Shown here: positions 9,553-17,923 of the stretch, piece after piece
Position numbering within the stretch: the first letter of the stretch is position 1
Layout of the letters: each line of letters starts with the position of its first letter
Virus record (IMG/VR): IMGVR_UViG_3300016484_000460
Location: 1 to 44,257 of that record
Direction: 5' to 3' (one strand)
Length of the DNA stretch: 44,257 nt
DNA from: a virus
Lineage: Duplodnaviria; Caudoviricetes
Program-made: the position numbers and the translations under genes
Notes under the pieces: generated by a model
What the model was told of the DNA's origin: nothing
Seen by the model: the letters and a program-made list of their open reading frames with translations, nothing else
Databases searched by the model: none

Positions 9553-10108
9553 CGCGCTTCCCCTCGATCTTGGCCATGGCAGCCTCGTACTGATCGCGAC
9601 TGGGCACGTTGCGCGCCTTCGGGCCGGCCGCGGCGCTGTCCGGGAACTTCATGGCCAGCATGGTCTGGAACTCGGTCATCGACAGGGCCTCTGCGTCCGC
9701 GCTGGACAGGCCCAGGTGCACCCGGGCTGCCGCGATGTACTCAGCCGCGTCGAAGCGGTCGGAGAACTGGCCGCCGCCGGCCTCTGCCTCCCCCGGCCGG
9801 GCCTTGCCGCAGATGCCGTGGCGCATCAGGTGCTGCGCCAGGATGATCTGCTCACCGGCCGGCATGCTGCCGTGGTGCCAGCCTTCCTCATCGCGCCAGC
9901 CGATCAGCGGTGTCGCGTCTTCCTGATCGCAGAGACAAGCCAGCACATAGGCCGCATCCTGCGCGGCGTTCGGCCCGTGCAGGGCGGCGAACAGGGCAAC
10001 GATTTCATGCGGCGAGCCCAGGCCGGCGACGCGAGCAAAGGACGGAGTGAAGGTCCATTCGCTGCCATCGCCGACCGCTGCCCTGGTGAAGCCGCATTCG
10101 ACCAGCAC
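9545..10108 (-). CDS. Tail assembly chaperone (DUF6246-like)
   Basis: FTPSFA...LGSPHEIV and F.A.EYI.AAR.HLGLS..DA..LSMTEF pattern; directly upstream of TMP. Confidence 0.7.
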   Translation of the reverse strand: MLVECGFTRAAVGDGSEWTFTPSFARVAGLGSPHEIVALFAALHGPNAAQDAAYVLACLCDQEDATPLIGWRDEEGWHHGSMPAGEQIILAQHLMRHGICGKARPGEAEAGGGQFSDRFDAAEYIAAARVHLGLSSADAEALSMTEFQTMLAMKFPDSAAAGPKARNVPSRDQYEAAMAKIEGKRGV

Positions 10109-10114
10109 GGCGGC

Positions 10115-10459
10115 TTAGAGGTCGAACAGCTGCGCGGTCAAGTTGGCCGCGCCGGTGATGTGCACGACGCCCTGGCAGTAGTGCTTGACCGTCGACAGCA
10201 CCACCGCCACGCTGGCGCCGGCGGCGACCGGGATGGCCAGGCCGCCGGCCACCGACACGGCGCCGATGCCCGGCACGGCCACGGTGGTGCCGCCGTCGCC
10301 GTCGATCGTCGCGGTCAGGCTGCCGCCGGTGGTGTTGCGGAAGACCAGCAGCTGCTTCTTGCTGCCGTTGAAGGTGATCGTGTCGTCGGCCGACAGCGTG
10401 GTGATCGCGGCGGCGAAAGCGCCCGCTTGGGCGGCGTTGATGGAGGCAATGGCGGCCAT
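10115..10459 (-). CDS. Small virion structural protein (beta-rich)
   Basis: 114 aa, rich in Thr/Val/Ala/Gly; AGGAG SD; between tail tube and chaperone. Confidence 0.65.
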   Translation of the reverse strand: MAAIASINAAQAGAFAAAITTLSADDTITFNGSKKQLLVFRNTTGGSLTATIDGDGGTTVAVPGIGAVSVAGGLAIPVAAGASVAVVLSTVKHYCQGVVHITGAANLTAQLFDL

Positions 10460-10496
10460 GGTTCAGGCTCCTGGTGTTGGTGGTGGCTGCTGTGGA

Positions 10497-10952
10497 TCAG
10501 GCCGGCGTGAAGGTGACGCTGCCGTTGCTCATGGCGGAGAGGCTCCAGGTCGCGGCGTCTGCGTGCGGCCGCTCGTCGGACCACTCGTTGACGATGAACG
10601 GCCCCTGGTACTGATCGCCGTCCGGGTCGATCATCTGCAGCCAAACCTTCGGCTGGTTGCCGGTGGCCGAGCCCGGGCTGATGACGTGGGCCTTCAGCTC
10701 CTTCTGGTTCGCCACCGCCTCGCCGTAGCTCACGCCGTCGCCAGAGAACTCCACGGCCTTGAACGTCACCAGGTTGGTCTTGGTGAACGCGGGGGACATG
10801 TCGGCCGTGGTGTCGACCGTGTCCCAGCTGGTCTTCATGGTCTTGCCGCGCATCATCCCCAAGCGCTTGAAGGTCAGGCCGGCAGGGTTGTCGCTCTCCA
10901 GGCCGATGGCGAAGTTGACGACAACGTCGCGGCCTACGAACTGTTCAGACAT
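10497..10952 (-). CDS. Major tail tube protein
   Basis: FKRLGMMRGK...WDTVDTTAD...EFSGDG...ATWSL pattern; synteny. Confidence 0.85.
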   Translation of the reverse strand: MSEQFVGRDVVVNFAIGLESDNPAGLTFKRLGMMRGKTMKTSWDTVDTTADMSPAFTKTNLVTFKAVEFSGDGVSYGEAVANQKELKAHVISPGSATGNQPKVWLQMIDPDGDQYQGPFIVNEWSDERPHADAATWSLSAMSNGSVTFTPA

Positions 10953-10964
10953 GGTGGTGGTTCC

Positions 10965-11312
10965 TCACGAAGTGATTGCCGAGACGGCGAGTTCAAACAC
11001 TGGCCGGCCATCGCTGGTGGCCACAAACACCGGCTCGGCCGGCTCCAGAAACACGAGGGCCCCGCTGCTCACGCGCATGGCCTCGACGATGCCGTCAGCG
11101 GCATCGCCTGGCACCGCAGCTTCGTCCCCGTCGGCACCGATCAGCGACAGGGTGAACTGCGGCCGGCGCACCAGCTCGGCAGGGAGCCCGCCGGCCGGCC
11201 GAATCACGGCGTACCGGCTCGCCTTGTTGCCATCGACCCAGCGGCCGAACTGCAGGCGCCAGCCCGGCAGCAGGGGAGCGATGAAGTCGCGCAGTGCGTC
11301 GGCGGCGGTCAT
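10965..11312 (-). CDS. Tail terminator / completion protein
   Basis: 115 aa; C-terminal DGRPVFEL; between neck gene and tube. Confidence 0.7.
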   Translation of the reverse strand: MTAADALRDFIAPLLPGWRLQFGRWVDGNKASRYAVIRPAGGLPAELVRRPQFTLSLIGADGDEAAVPGDAADGIVEAMRVSSGALVFLEPAEPVFVATSDGRPVFELAVSAITS

Positions 11313-11665
11313 CGCGTTCTCAGCCCGGCCTTGACGATGGCACGGATCTGCGGCTCGGCCTGCTCGAACCCCAGCTTCAGGAACTCTTTGCGGGCGCTCG
11401 CGCGCCGGAAGTTCTGCTTGTTGTTGGGGTCGTGCACGGCCAGGGCGTAGTCGGCGGTGTAGCCGACGCGGCCGACGATCTTGGTGCGCTGCTTCTCGAC
11501 GACGCGGTACTGGCTGTTGATCAGCACGCTGGTGTCGATGGGCGTCATGGCTGCAGCCTCGCTGGCGCCCAGGATCAATGCCTGGGTCATGCTCTTGGCG
11601 GCCAGGGCCTGGCGCTCCGCGATGAACTGCGGCAGCCGGTTGATGATGCGGTTGGTGCGCGCCAT
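11309..11665 (-). CDS. Neck protein (HK97 gp10-like)
   Basis: TPIDTSVLINS, GRVGYTADYALAVHD, KEFL motifs. Confidence 0.8.
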   Translation of the reverse strand: MARTNRIINRLPQFIAERQALAAKSMTQALILGASEAAAMTPIDTSVLINSQYRVVEKQRTKIVGRVGYTADYALAVHDPNNKQNFRRASARKEFLKLGFEQAEPQIRAIVKAGLRTR

Positions 11666-11669
11666 GGCT

Positions 11670-12011
11670 TCAGGTCATCACGGTGTAGTCGTCGGCCTTC
11701 CGGTCGAAGGTGTCGGCTGACCGCTTCACGGCTCTCACCTCCACCGCGCCAGCCGCCACCGGGTCGACCGCCGCGCTGACGCCGATCAGCACGCGGTCGC
11801 CCTGCTTGATGTCGGCGCGCTCGGTCCAGATGGTCTGCTGCGACACGAACTCGACACCCTTGTCGTCGGTCATCCGCTTGGCCTCCGCGGCGTAGTCGCA
11901 CCCGAAGGTCTCTGGCGCGCCGAACGACAGCGCACCGGTCCAGTCGTCGCGGCCCAGGAAGGGCCAGACGGTGGCAGTGGCGGTGTAGCTCCAGGACGCG
12001 GCGGCGGACAT
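11670..12011 (-). CDS. Head-closure / head-tail adaptor
   Basis: MSAAASWSYTATATVW...G.EFVS...KQGDRVLIG; synteny. Confidence 0.7.
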   Translation of the reverse strand: MSAAASWSYTATATVWPFLGRDDWTGALSFGAPETFGCDYAAEAKRMTDDKGVEFVSQQTIWTERADIKQGDRVLIGVSAAVDPVAAGAVEVRAVKRSADTFDRKADDYTVMT

Positions 12012-12018
12012 GCAGCGC

Positions 12019-12029
12019 ATGCTAGGGAG
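12019..12029 (-). promoter_or_regulatory. Late-promoter motif copy (CTCCCTAGCAT), leaderless
   Basis: TAGCAT-N7-ATG(12011); no SD. Confidence 0.62.
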
Positions 12030-12043
12030 GCGTCCTGCGCGCT

Positions 12044-13069
12044 TCAGGCCGTCTCTGCTGGCGCAAGCTCCTCGGCCACCGTCACGCGCTTCCACTTGTG
12101 AGCAGACAACCCGCGGTCGTTCAGGTACATCTCGGTCATCTCGATGTCGCTGTGCCCCAGGAGGGTCTGCACCACCTTCGGGTCCAGGCCCTGGGCCACG
12201 TAGGTGCGCGCCGACAGCGACCGTGTCTCGTGCAGGCTGGGCCGGCGGTGCATGCCCGGATCCTTGTCGCCCAGCACCGCCTTGATGTGCTCACAGAAGC
12301 GCGCCGACAGGCTGCTCATCTCAATGGCCTGGCCGTTGGCCTTGCGCAGCAGCGTGGGCCCGGGCTTGGCCGACTGGCGACAGTGCTCGATCACGTCGCC
12401 AACCGTCATGCCGATGCAGTCCATGCGCAGGGCCAGCGGGATCTCGACGCGGGCCCCGATGGGCTTGCCCGCCTTCTTCTGCTGCTCGACCCGGAGGTGT
12501 CCGTCCACCACGTCAGCAAACGCCACCTTGGCCAGATCAGCCCGGCGCTGGCCGATCACCAGGGCCAGCAGCAACATCGGCTCCACCCAACGTTGGCGCA
12601 GCGTGGCGGCCAAGGCGCGCATCCTCTGCCACACGTCGAACATCAGGCGCTCGCGCAGCACCTTGTGGCGCGGGGCCTTGATGTGATCCGCCGGGCTCGT
12701 CTCGATCCAGCCGGCGACGATGGCCTCGCGGTACGCATCACGAAGTTCGCCCAGCACGCGGCCGGCACTGGAGGTGGAGAGCGTGCGCAGCTTGGCGGCA
12801 ATCTCCTGGGCCTTCAGGTCGGCCAGCGGGCGCGTGCCCCACAGGCGCCGGATGTGCGCCATGTTGCTGCGGCGATTCTTGAGCGTCTGCGCGTGGTAGC
12901 CGCGGGCCAGCAGCAATCCCGCATGCACGTCCAGCCAGTCGCCCAGCGTGCGCCCGGCCGTGCCCGGCTGCGGCGCAGCGGGTGCCGCACCTGTCGGCAT
13001 GGCGCGCAACGCCTGGGCCATCAGCGTGAGCATGTCGGCCAGGTCGGCGGGGTTGATGGGCATAGGCAC
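12044..13069 (-). CDS. Second tyrosine recombinase, lambda-Int-like (core-binding + catalytic domains, no arm-binding domain)
   Basis: RERL, GQRRADL (R), EQQK (K), PSLHETRSLSARTY (HxxR), LLGH, TEMYLNDRG (Y); start GTG 13069 or ATG 13063. Confidence 0.92.
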   Translation of the reverse strand: MPMPINPADLADMLTLMAQALRAMPTGAAPAAPQPGTAGRTLGDWLDVHAGLLLARGYHAQTLKNRRSNMAHIRRLWGTRPLADLKAQEIAAKLRTLSTSSAGRVLGELRDAYREAIVAGWIETSPADHIKAPRHKVLRERLMFDVWQRMRALAATLRQRWVEPMLLLALVIGQRRADLAKVAFADVVDGHLRVEQQKKAGKPIGARVEIPLALRMDCIGMTVGDVIEHCRQSAKPGPTLLRKANGQAIEMSSLSARFCEHIKAVLGDKDPGMHRRPSLHETRSLSARTYVAQGLDPKVVQTLLGHSDIEMTEMYLNDRGLSAHKWKRVTVAEELAPAETA

Positions 13070-13072
13070 CGG

Positions 13073-13086
13073 CAGGGGCTGGGATT
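13073..13086 (+). repeat. Inverted repeat copy A (CAGGGGCTGGGATT), overlapping stop codon of the 766-aa gene
   Basis: 13/14 match to the reverse complement of 15098-15111. Confidence 0.8.
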
Positions 13087-15385
13087 ACGGCGTGTCGGTC
13101 GGCCGCACGATCAGACACGCCGTGTTGTCAGCGCGCACGACGCCGGTAGACGACACCGCGATCTGCGCGCCGGCTTTGGTGCGCGGGTCGTACAGGACCA
13201 CCGGCCCAGCCACGCCCGCCGCGTTGGCTGCTGCTCCACTGGGCGTTGCCACGTCAATGGTCGCGGCGCTGGCCGATGGGTGAATGCCCCGCATCCAGGC
13301 GACCACGTTGCGGCACGCGCTGTCGAACTGCCAGCCGATGTAGTTGTTTGCGCCCGACAGGGTGAAGTCGCTGTAGACGGCCAGCAGCGTGACATTGCCG
13401 CAGTTCTGGAACCGCGTGCTCACGTCTCCGCTAAGGGTCGCGCCCTCATCAGCCATGCCGTTGGTGCGGTTCCGGTGCGAGTAGTGGCCGATGGTCAGAT
13501 CACGGAAGGCATTCCACTGGTCGATGGCGCCCGTTCCATCGATGGTGAGCGACCCGAAGCTGATGTCGCGGTAGCGGTACTCCGACGCCGACAAAACAGA
13601 GCCAATCGCATTCCGCCCGGCCCATTCCAGCGACACCGTCCCGAACTTGATGTTTCTGATGTGCTTGGCGCTGGCCGCCTGGTCGAAATACAGGCCGGTG
13701 CCACGACAGGTCCAGATGTAGACCGGCAAGGCGCTGGCGACGGTGGTGTAAGGGTTTGCGGCCCCACCATCCCGGAACACCCACACCAGATCCGTGCCGC
13801 CAGGGCCAGTACCTGCTGACACCCGCATGATCTGCAGGCCGCCGCCCGCCGAGCCAGTGGTTCCGCCCGACATGAACAGGCGGTGGCCGGCGCGAATGCC
13901 GGCCGCAGCGATGGACCCGGCCGGCAGTTGAACCCGGCGCAGTGCATAGGTAGCCTGCACCCCGGTGGACGGCATCAGGTAGTGCGTGATGTCGGCCGCG
14001 TCCAAAGTAGCGCAGCCGGCAAACTTGGTGTACTTCCCACGGGCCTGCAGCTGGCCGATCGTCATGCCACGCGCCTCGGCGTAGAGGCCCAGGCCGATGG
14101 CGGCGTGCTCGCTGTAGATGGTGCCGATGACGTTGTTGTTGCTGGCCGGAAGGCTGTCGTTGGTGCCACTCAGCATAGCAGCCGCCCCGTAGGATTCACG
14201 GGCTCGGATGGTGCCCACCGTGATTCCGGCCACGTTGGAGAGCGTCAGAAACACGCCTGAGTTGTTCTCCTCGCTGCCCTGGTTCTGGAATGCCATCACC
14301 CCCGTTGTATCGGACTCGATCAGCTCGATGTGACCCCGGCTCACTTCCTCGCTGACCATGCCGCCCACGTTCTCGCCGTGGTAGTGAAGCGCACGGTAGC
14401 CGTTGTTCTCGCCGCGCCAGCGGCCGATGCGGTGGTTGAAAAGCTTGCCCACGGCGATCAGGCCGTGATACCGCGTGTTGCGGCCACAGATGCCGTCGAT
14501 GGTCCAGTCGCTGCAGTTGACAATGCGCAGGCCGTTGCCCATGTTGTCCTGCGCCAGCAAGTGGTACGGGTAGAGGCCAGCGCGGTTGCCGTCCAGGTAG
14601 CCCCAGCCACCCGCGCCGCCCGTGGTCACAGACCAGTCAGTCACGGTGTCGGCAGTGATGACATTGCCGCGGAAGTAGAAGCGCAGCGTCTGCGCGCCGC
14701 TGCCGGTCAACGCGGCGGAGAACGTGACGCTGCCAGCCCCCACCGCAGTGACGCGCAGATCGGCTGGCGTGATGCCCAGGCCGTTGCCTGCGGAGAGATC
14801 GGCCGCAGCATCCAACACATGCATGCCGACCCGAACACGGGACAGGTCGGCAGCGGTGGTCACGGTGGTGGTGCCGGCAGCGGTCACGGCCAGCGTGAAC
14901 GGGTCGTGGGGGCGCAGCACGGCACCGGGCGTCATCGTGATGTGCAGCCCGGTCACCATCTGCAGATCACGCTGCAGGATGTACTCCCGCTTCGGAACGT
15001 GAAGCCGGCCGCTACCCAGCATTGCCAGCATGATCGCCGCATCGATGTTGGCACTGTCGGTGGCTCCGGTCAGGTCGCCGGACGGCTCGGGCAGCAGAAT
15101 CCCAGCCTCTGACACCAGGGCGTCGAATGCGGCCTTCTCGGTCCGATTGAGCTCGAAGGTTGCGTTGTCGGCCACGTAGTCGGTGCGGCCGCTCACGTTG
15201 GTCACCAGCAGCACCGCCGACACCCCATAGGGGCCGAAGGTCTGGCTGTTGGCAGTCAGGGTCGTCGTGCTTGACGGCGCCCCGCTCAGGCCCTGCACGG
15301 TGCACTGGCCGGTGGTGGTGACGATCAGGCTTTCGCCTGCGGCAAGCGCGACCTTCGCGCGTTCGGTGGAATCGAGGCTGGCCAT
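13085..15385 (-). CDS. 766-aa virion-associated beta-helix (depolymerase/pectate-lyase-like) protein; ~96-aa N-terminal anchor plus variable passenger
   Basis: AGGAG SD; GATDSANIDAAI...G.LHVP..EY motif typical of tailspike beta-helix starts; DGN and beta-helix-like coil repeats; located in the head-neck module. Confidence 0.72.
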   Translation of the reverse strand: MASLDSTERAKVALAAGESLIVTTTGQCTVQGLSGAPSSTTTLTANSQTFGPYGVSAVLLVTNVSGRTDYVADNATFELNRTEKAAFDALVSEAGILLPEPSGDLTGATDSANIDAAIMLAMLGSGRLHVPKREYILQRDLQMVTGLHITMTPGAVLRPHDPFTLAVTAAGTTTVTTAADLSRVRVGMHVLDAAADLSAGNGLGITPADLRVTAVGAGSVTFSAALTGSGAQTLRFYFRGNVITADTVTDWSVTTGGAGGWGYLDGNRAGLYPYHLLAQDNMGNGLRIVNCSDWTIDGICGRNTRYHGLIAVGKLFNHRIGRWRGENNGYRALHYHGENVGGMVSEEVSRGHIELIESDTTGVMAFQNQGSEENNSGVFLTLSNVAGITVGTIRARESYGAAAMLSGTNDSLPASNNNVIGTIYSEHAAIGLGLYAEARGMTIGQLQARGKYTKFAGCATLDAADITHYLMPSTGVQATYALRRVQLPAGSIAAAGIRAGHRLFMSGGTTGSAGGGLQIMRVSAGTGPGGTDLVWVFRDGGAANPYTTVASALPVYIWTCRGTGLYFDQAASAKHIRNIKFGTVSLEWAGRNAIGSVLSASEYRYRDISFGSLTIDGTGAIDQWNAFRDLTIGHYSHRNRTNGMADEGATLSGDVSTRFQNCGNVTLLAVYSDFTLSGANNYIGWQFDSACRNVVAWMRGIHPSASAATIDVATPSGAAANAAGVAGPVVLYDPRTKAGAQIAVSSTGVVRADNTACLIVRPTDTP
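15098..15111 (-). repeat. Inverted repeat copy B (CAGAGGCTGGGATT), in frame at codons 92-96 (SEAGI)
   Basis: Minus strand reads GTG TCA GAG GCT GGG ATT; inverted relative to copy A. Confidence 0.8.
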
Positions 15386-15415
15386 GTGTCGGGCGCTCCT
15401 TTGAGGTTGCGCCTG

Positions 15416-15426
15416 ATGCTAGGAAG
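15416..15426 (-). promoter_or_regulatory. Late-promoter motif copy (CTTCCTAGCAT) upstream of 766-aa gene and recombinase
   Basis: Same 11-mer as 19302; 30 nt before ATG 15385, with AGGAG SD in between. Confidence 0.62.
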
Positions 15427-15456
15427 ACGCGATCTGCAGCGACCGCGCCAGCAGCT

Positions 15457-15822
15457 TCAAACGACCATGAGCAGCGTGCCGGCGGCCGGATCGGGCCCGA
15501 TCAGCGCAGTGGTGATACCCACGGTGTCCTGGGACGCCAGGCTGCGGCGCAGCGCGGTCAGCGCCTTGTCGCCGTTCTTGAAGCTGCGCGAGGCGCCAGA
15601 TGGGGCGCCCTGCGATTGCAGGCGCCTGGGGTCGCCAGCGGCGGCCAGGATGGCGACGGCCATGCTCTGCACCAGCGTGCGCTTCGTGGCGCTGTAGCCA
15701 GCGGCAGTCATGGCGCCCTCCAGGGCCGCCACCTCGTCGACGGCGGCCTGGACGATGAATGTGGGCAGCGTGACGCCGAGCGAGGCGTCGAGGTACTCGG
15801 CGGCCTGCTCGGCGGTGATCAC
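15457..15822 (-). CDS. Head-tail connector (adaptor) protein
   Basis: MITAEQAAEYL...RRLQSQGAPSGASRSF motif; follows capsid genes. Confidence 0.72.
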   Translation of the reverse strand: MITAEQAAEYLDASLGVTLPTFIVQAAVDEVAALEGAMTAAGYSATKRTLVQSMAVAILAAAGDPRRLQSQGAPSGASRSFKNGDKALTALRRSLASQDTVGITTALIGPDPAAGTLLMVV

Positions 15823-16397
15823 GCTGCTGCGCCCTTCTTCGCGGGCTTGGAGGCGGTGGCCGCAGCCAGGTCAGCCACAGCCTTGTCGCGCTCGGCGATG
15901 GCGGCGTCGCGCTGCTGAGCTGCCTGGAGCAGATCAGCCCCGGCGCCGAATGCTGTCGCCCTGGCCTGCTCGGCGTCGGCCTGCGCGGCGGCCAGCTGCT
16001 GGCCCATGCTGCCGACCTCGGCGCGCGCCTGGTCGCGCTCGGCGGCGACGCCTTGCAGATCGGCATTGAGGCTCGCGATCTCGTCGCGCGCCGTGCCCAG
16101 GGCCTGCTCTGCATCCAGAAGCTGCTGGCCCAGCTCGGCAATGCGGCTGGCGTGCTCCTGCAGCTGCTCGGCTACCGCGGCAGGGTTCACGACGAACGTG
16201 CGCTCCTGCGGGTCGCTGCGGTCGATCTGCGGGGGCACCCAGGTGAACTCGGCCTCGCGCTCGTCGTCCGGCGCCAGCGGCGTGCACTTGCCGGCCGCCC
16301 AGCCAGGCACAGCGGCAGTGGCCAGCGCCACAACCGATCCGATGATGGCGCCGGCCGGCCACGGCGCCTTCAGGTGGGTGACTGCGACCTTGATCAT
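15819..16397 (-). CDS. Hypothetical protein with coiled coil
   Basis: 192 aa; LKAPWP.GA N-terminus, heptad-rich C-half, KPAKK tail; right after MCP. Confidence 0.65.
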   Translation of the reverse strand: MIKVAVTHLKAPWPAGAIIGSVVALATAAVPGWAAGKCTPLAPDDEREAEFTWVPPQIDRSDPQERTFVVNPAAVAEQLQEHASRIAELGQQLLDAEQALGTARDEIASLNADLQGVAAERDQARAEVGSMGQQLAAAQADAEQARATAFGAGADLLQAAQQRDAAIAERDKAVADLAAATASKPAKKGAAA

Positions 16398-16403
16398 GGT
16401 CGA

Positions 16404-17411
16404 TCAGGAAGCAGTCAGGTGCGCGAACGGGGCGCGACCGTCGAAGTCGGTGCGCAGCTGCGGCGCGGCCATCATCAGCACCTGGAAGACGTAGTCGTCC
16501 TGGGCGTTGTGGCGCGCCTTCGGCACGGTCGCCATCGGCATGGCCGACAGGATCGAGCCCCAGTCGCCGTTCTCCAGCCCGGCCACGCCAAGCACGTTGT
16601 CGGCAGGGACACGACCGGCCGGAATGATCTCAGCGATCTGCTCGATCTCGCGCATGCGCTGCAGGATCGTCTTCGGGTAGCCGGCGGTGAACTCGTTGAT
16701 GCTGGCGTAGACCCAGTCGGCGTAGTTCAGGAACACCGTCACCCGGCCGAAGGCGTTGTCGCCCACCAGCGCGTTGATCAGTGCCTGGAAGGTGGCCAGC
16801 CAGTTGGCGCCGGTGGCCGCGCTCAGGTCGAAGCCGTGCGTGCCGGTGTTGCGCTGCGGATGGGTGCGCAGGCCGTAGATGGTCGAGCCACCCACCACCA
16901 CGCTGGTGTCGCCGTTGAGCACCAGGTCCTCGGCCTTCTCGGCCACCTTGCGCTGGTGGTTGGCCAGCGTCTCGGCGTCGATCATGCCGCCGCCCTTGCG
17001 GATGACCTCCATCTGGCGCCAGCCGAAGCGCGCCTCGGAGGTCACCGCCGGCACCGGGGTGCCGACGTACTTGACCACCGCCTGGTCGGCCTTGCCGGTG
17101 TGGCGGCCGTCCATCGACACCGAAACGTCGCCGCTATCGCTGATCTGCGGGAAGTAGCTCACCAGGTCGGCGACCGACAGCGGCGTGGTGTTGGCCTGGG
17201 CCAGGCGGTTGAAGACGGCCAGCACGTCGCGCTGGATCTGCGCGGCGCGGCCGTCCAGCCGGCGCCAGGCATCGATGGGGACCTGGGCGGCGTTGCCGAC
17301 CAGGGCCAGGTCGCCGACGGGCAGCGTGGCGGCCAGCGCGGTGGCGGTCAGGTTGAAGTGCTGGCGGGCGGTGTTGACCGCCAGTTCTTGGTGGGGGGTG
17401 AAGCGCAGCAT
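16404..17411 (-). CDS. Major capsid protein (HK97 fold)
   Basis: 335 aa; VSMDG, GTPVP, FGWRQ, LNGD...IYGLRTHP motifs; AAGGA SD; synteny. Confidence 0.88.
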   Translation of the reverse strand: MLRFTPHQELAVNTARQHFNLTATALAATLPVGDLALVGNAAQVPIDAWRRLDGRAAQIQRDVLAVFNRLAQANTTPLSVADLVSYFPQISDSGDVSVSMDGRHTGKADQAVVKYVGTPVPAVTSEARFGWRQMEVIRKGGGMIDAETLANHQRKVAEKAEDLVLNGDTSVVVGGSTIYGLRTHPQRNTGTHGFDLSAATGANWLATFQALINALVGDNAFGRVTVFLNYADWVYASINEFTAGYPKTILQRMREIEQIAEIIPAGRVPADNVLGVAGLENGDWGSILSAMPMATVPKARHNAQDDYVFQVLMMAAPQLRTDFDGRAPFAHLTAS

Positions 17412-17440
17412 GGTGCGTGTTCCTTTCTTGGCTCGGCCGC

Positions 17441-17890
17441 TTACGGCTTGGCGTAGCAGTTGGCGATCTCGACCTCGATCAGGTCGCCGGCACTCTTGGC
17501 GCCGGCCTCGCGGGCAAAGGCGACAACCTGGTTGGTCGACGCCGCAGCGGCGGCACGGCCGGCGGCGGCGACGGTCAGCTCCTGGCCGAAGGTGTAGGTG
17601 GCCGCAGCCACGGCCACAAGGAAGCGCTGGCCGGGCTCCAGGATGTAGGCGACGCCCGTGTCACCCGACGCATAGGCCGTCTTCAGCGGATCGTTGGCAT
17701 CGAGCTGGCCGGTGCCGTAGAAGTCGCGGGTCGCCAGCAGCCGCAGCTGGCCAGCGGGCGCCGTCGCCTGGGTGAGGGTGGATGCGCCCTCGATCACAAA
17801 CGTGCACGGCAGCAGTGCTGCGGCCAGCGTCTTGGCCTCGGTGGTTTGGGCCTGGCGGTCGCCGGGGCCACGATGGACGGTGTAGGGCAT
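17441..17890 (-). CDS. Capsid decoration/cement protein
   Basis: 149 aa; YASGDT...GQELTV...G...GDLIEVEI; between scaffold and MCP. Confidence 0.7.
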   Translation of the reverse strand: MPYTVHRGPGDRQAQTTEAKTLAAALLPCTFVIEGASTLTQATAPAGQLRLLATRDFYGTGQLDANDPLKTAYASGDTGVAYILEPGQRFLVAVAAATYTFGQELTVAAAGRAAAAASTNQVVAFAREAGAKSAGDLIEVEIANCYAKP

Positions 17891-17923
17891 GGTGCTTCCT
17901 TCTCGGTCTGGGTGCGGCGCCGA

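Noticed and set aside
9545-10459. lambda G/GT-type programmed frameshift in the tail chaperone
   Set aside because: No convincing slippery heptamer seen; the two ORFs are separate, and 9545..10108 runs directly into the TMP gene
13085-15385. Gin/Cin-type two-allele invertible tail fibre or multi-cassette shufflon
   Set aside because: Only two repeat copies found, the inverted frame stops after 20 codons, and the recombinase is tyrosine- not serine-type
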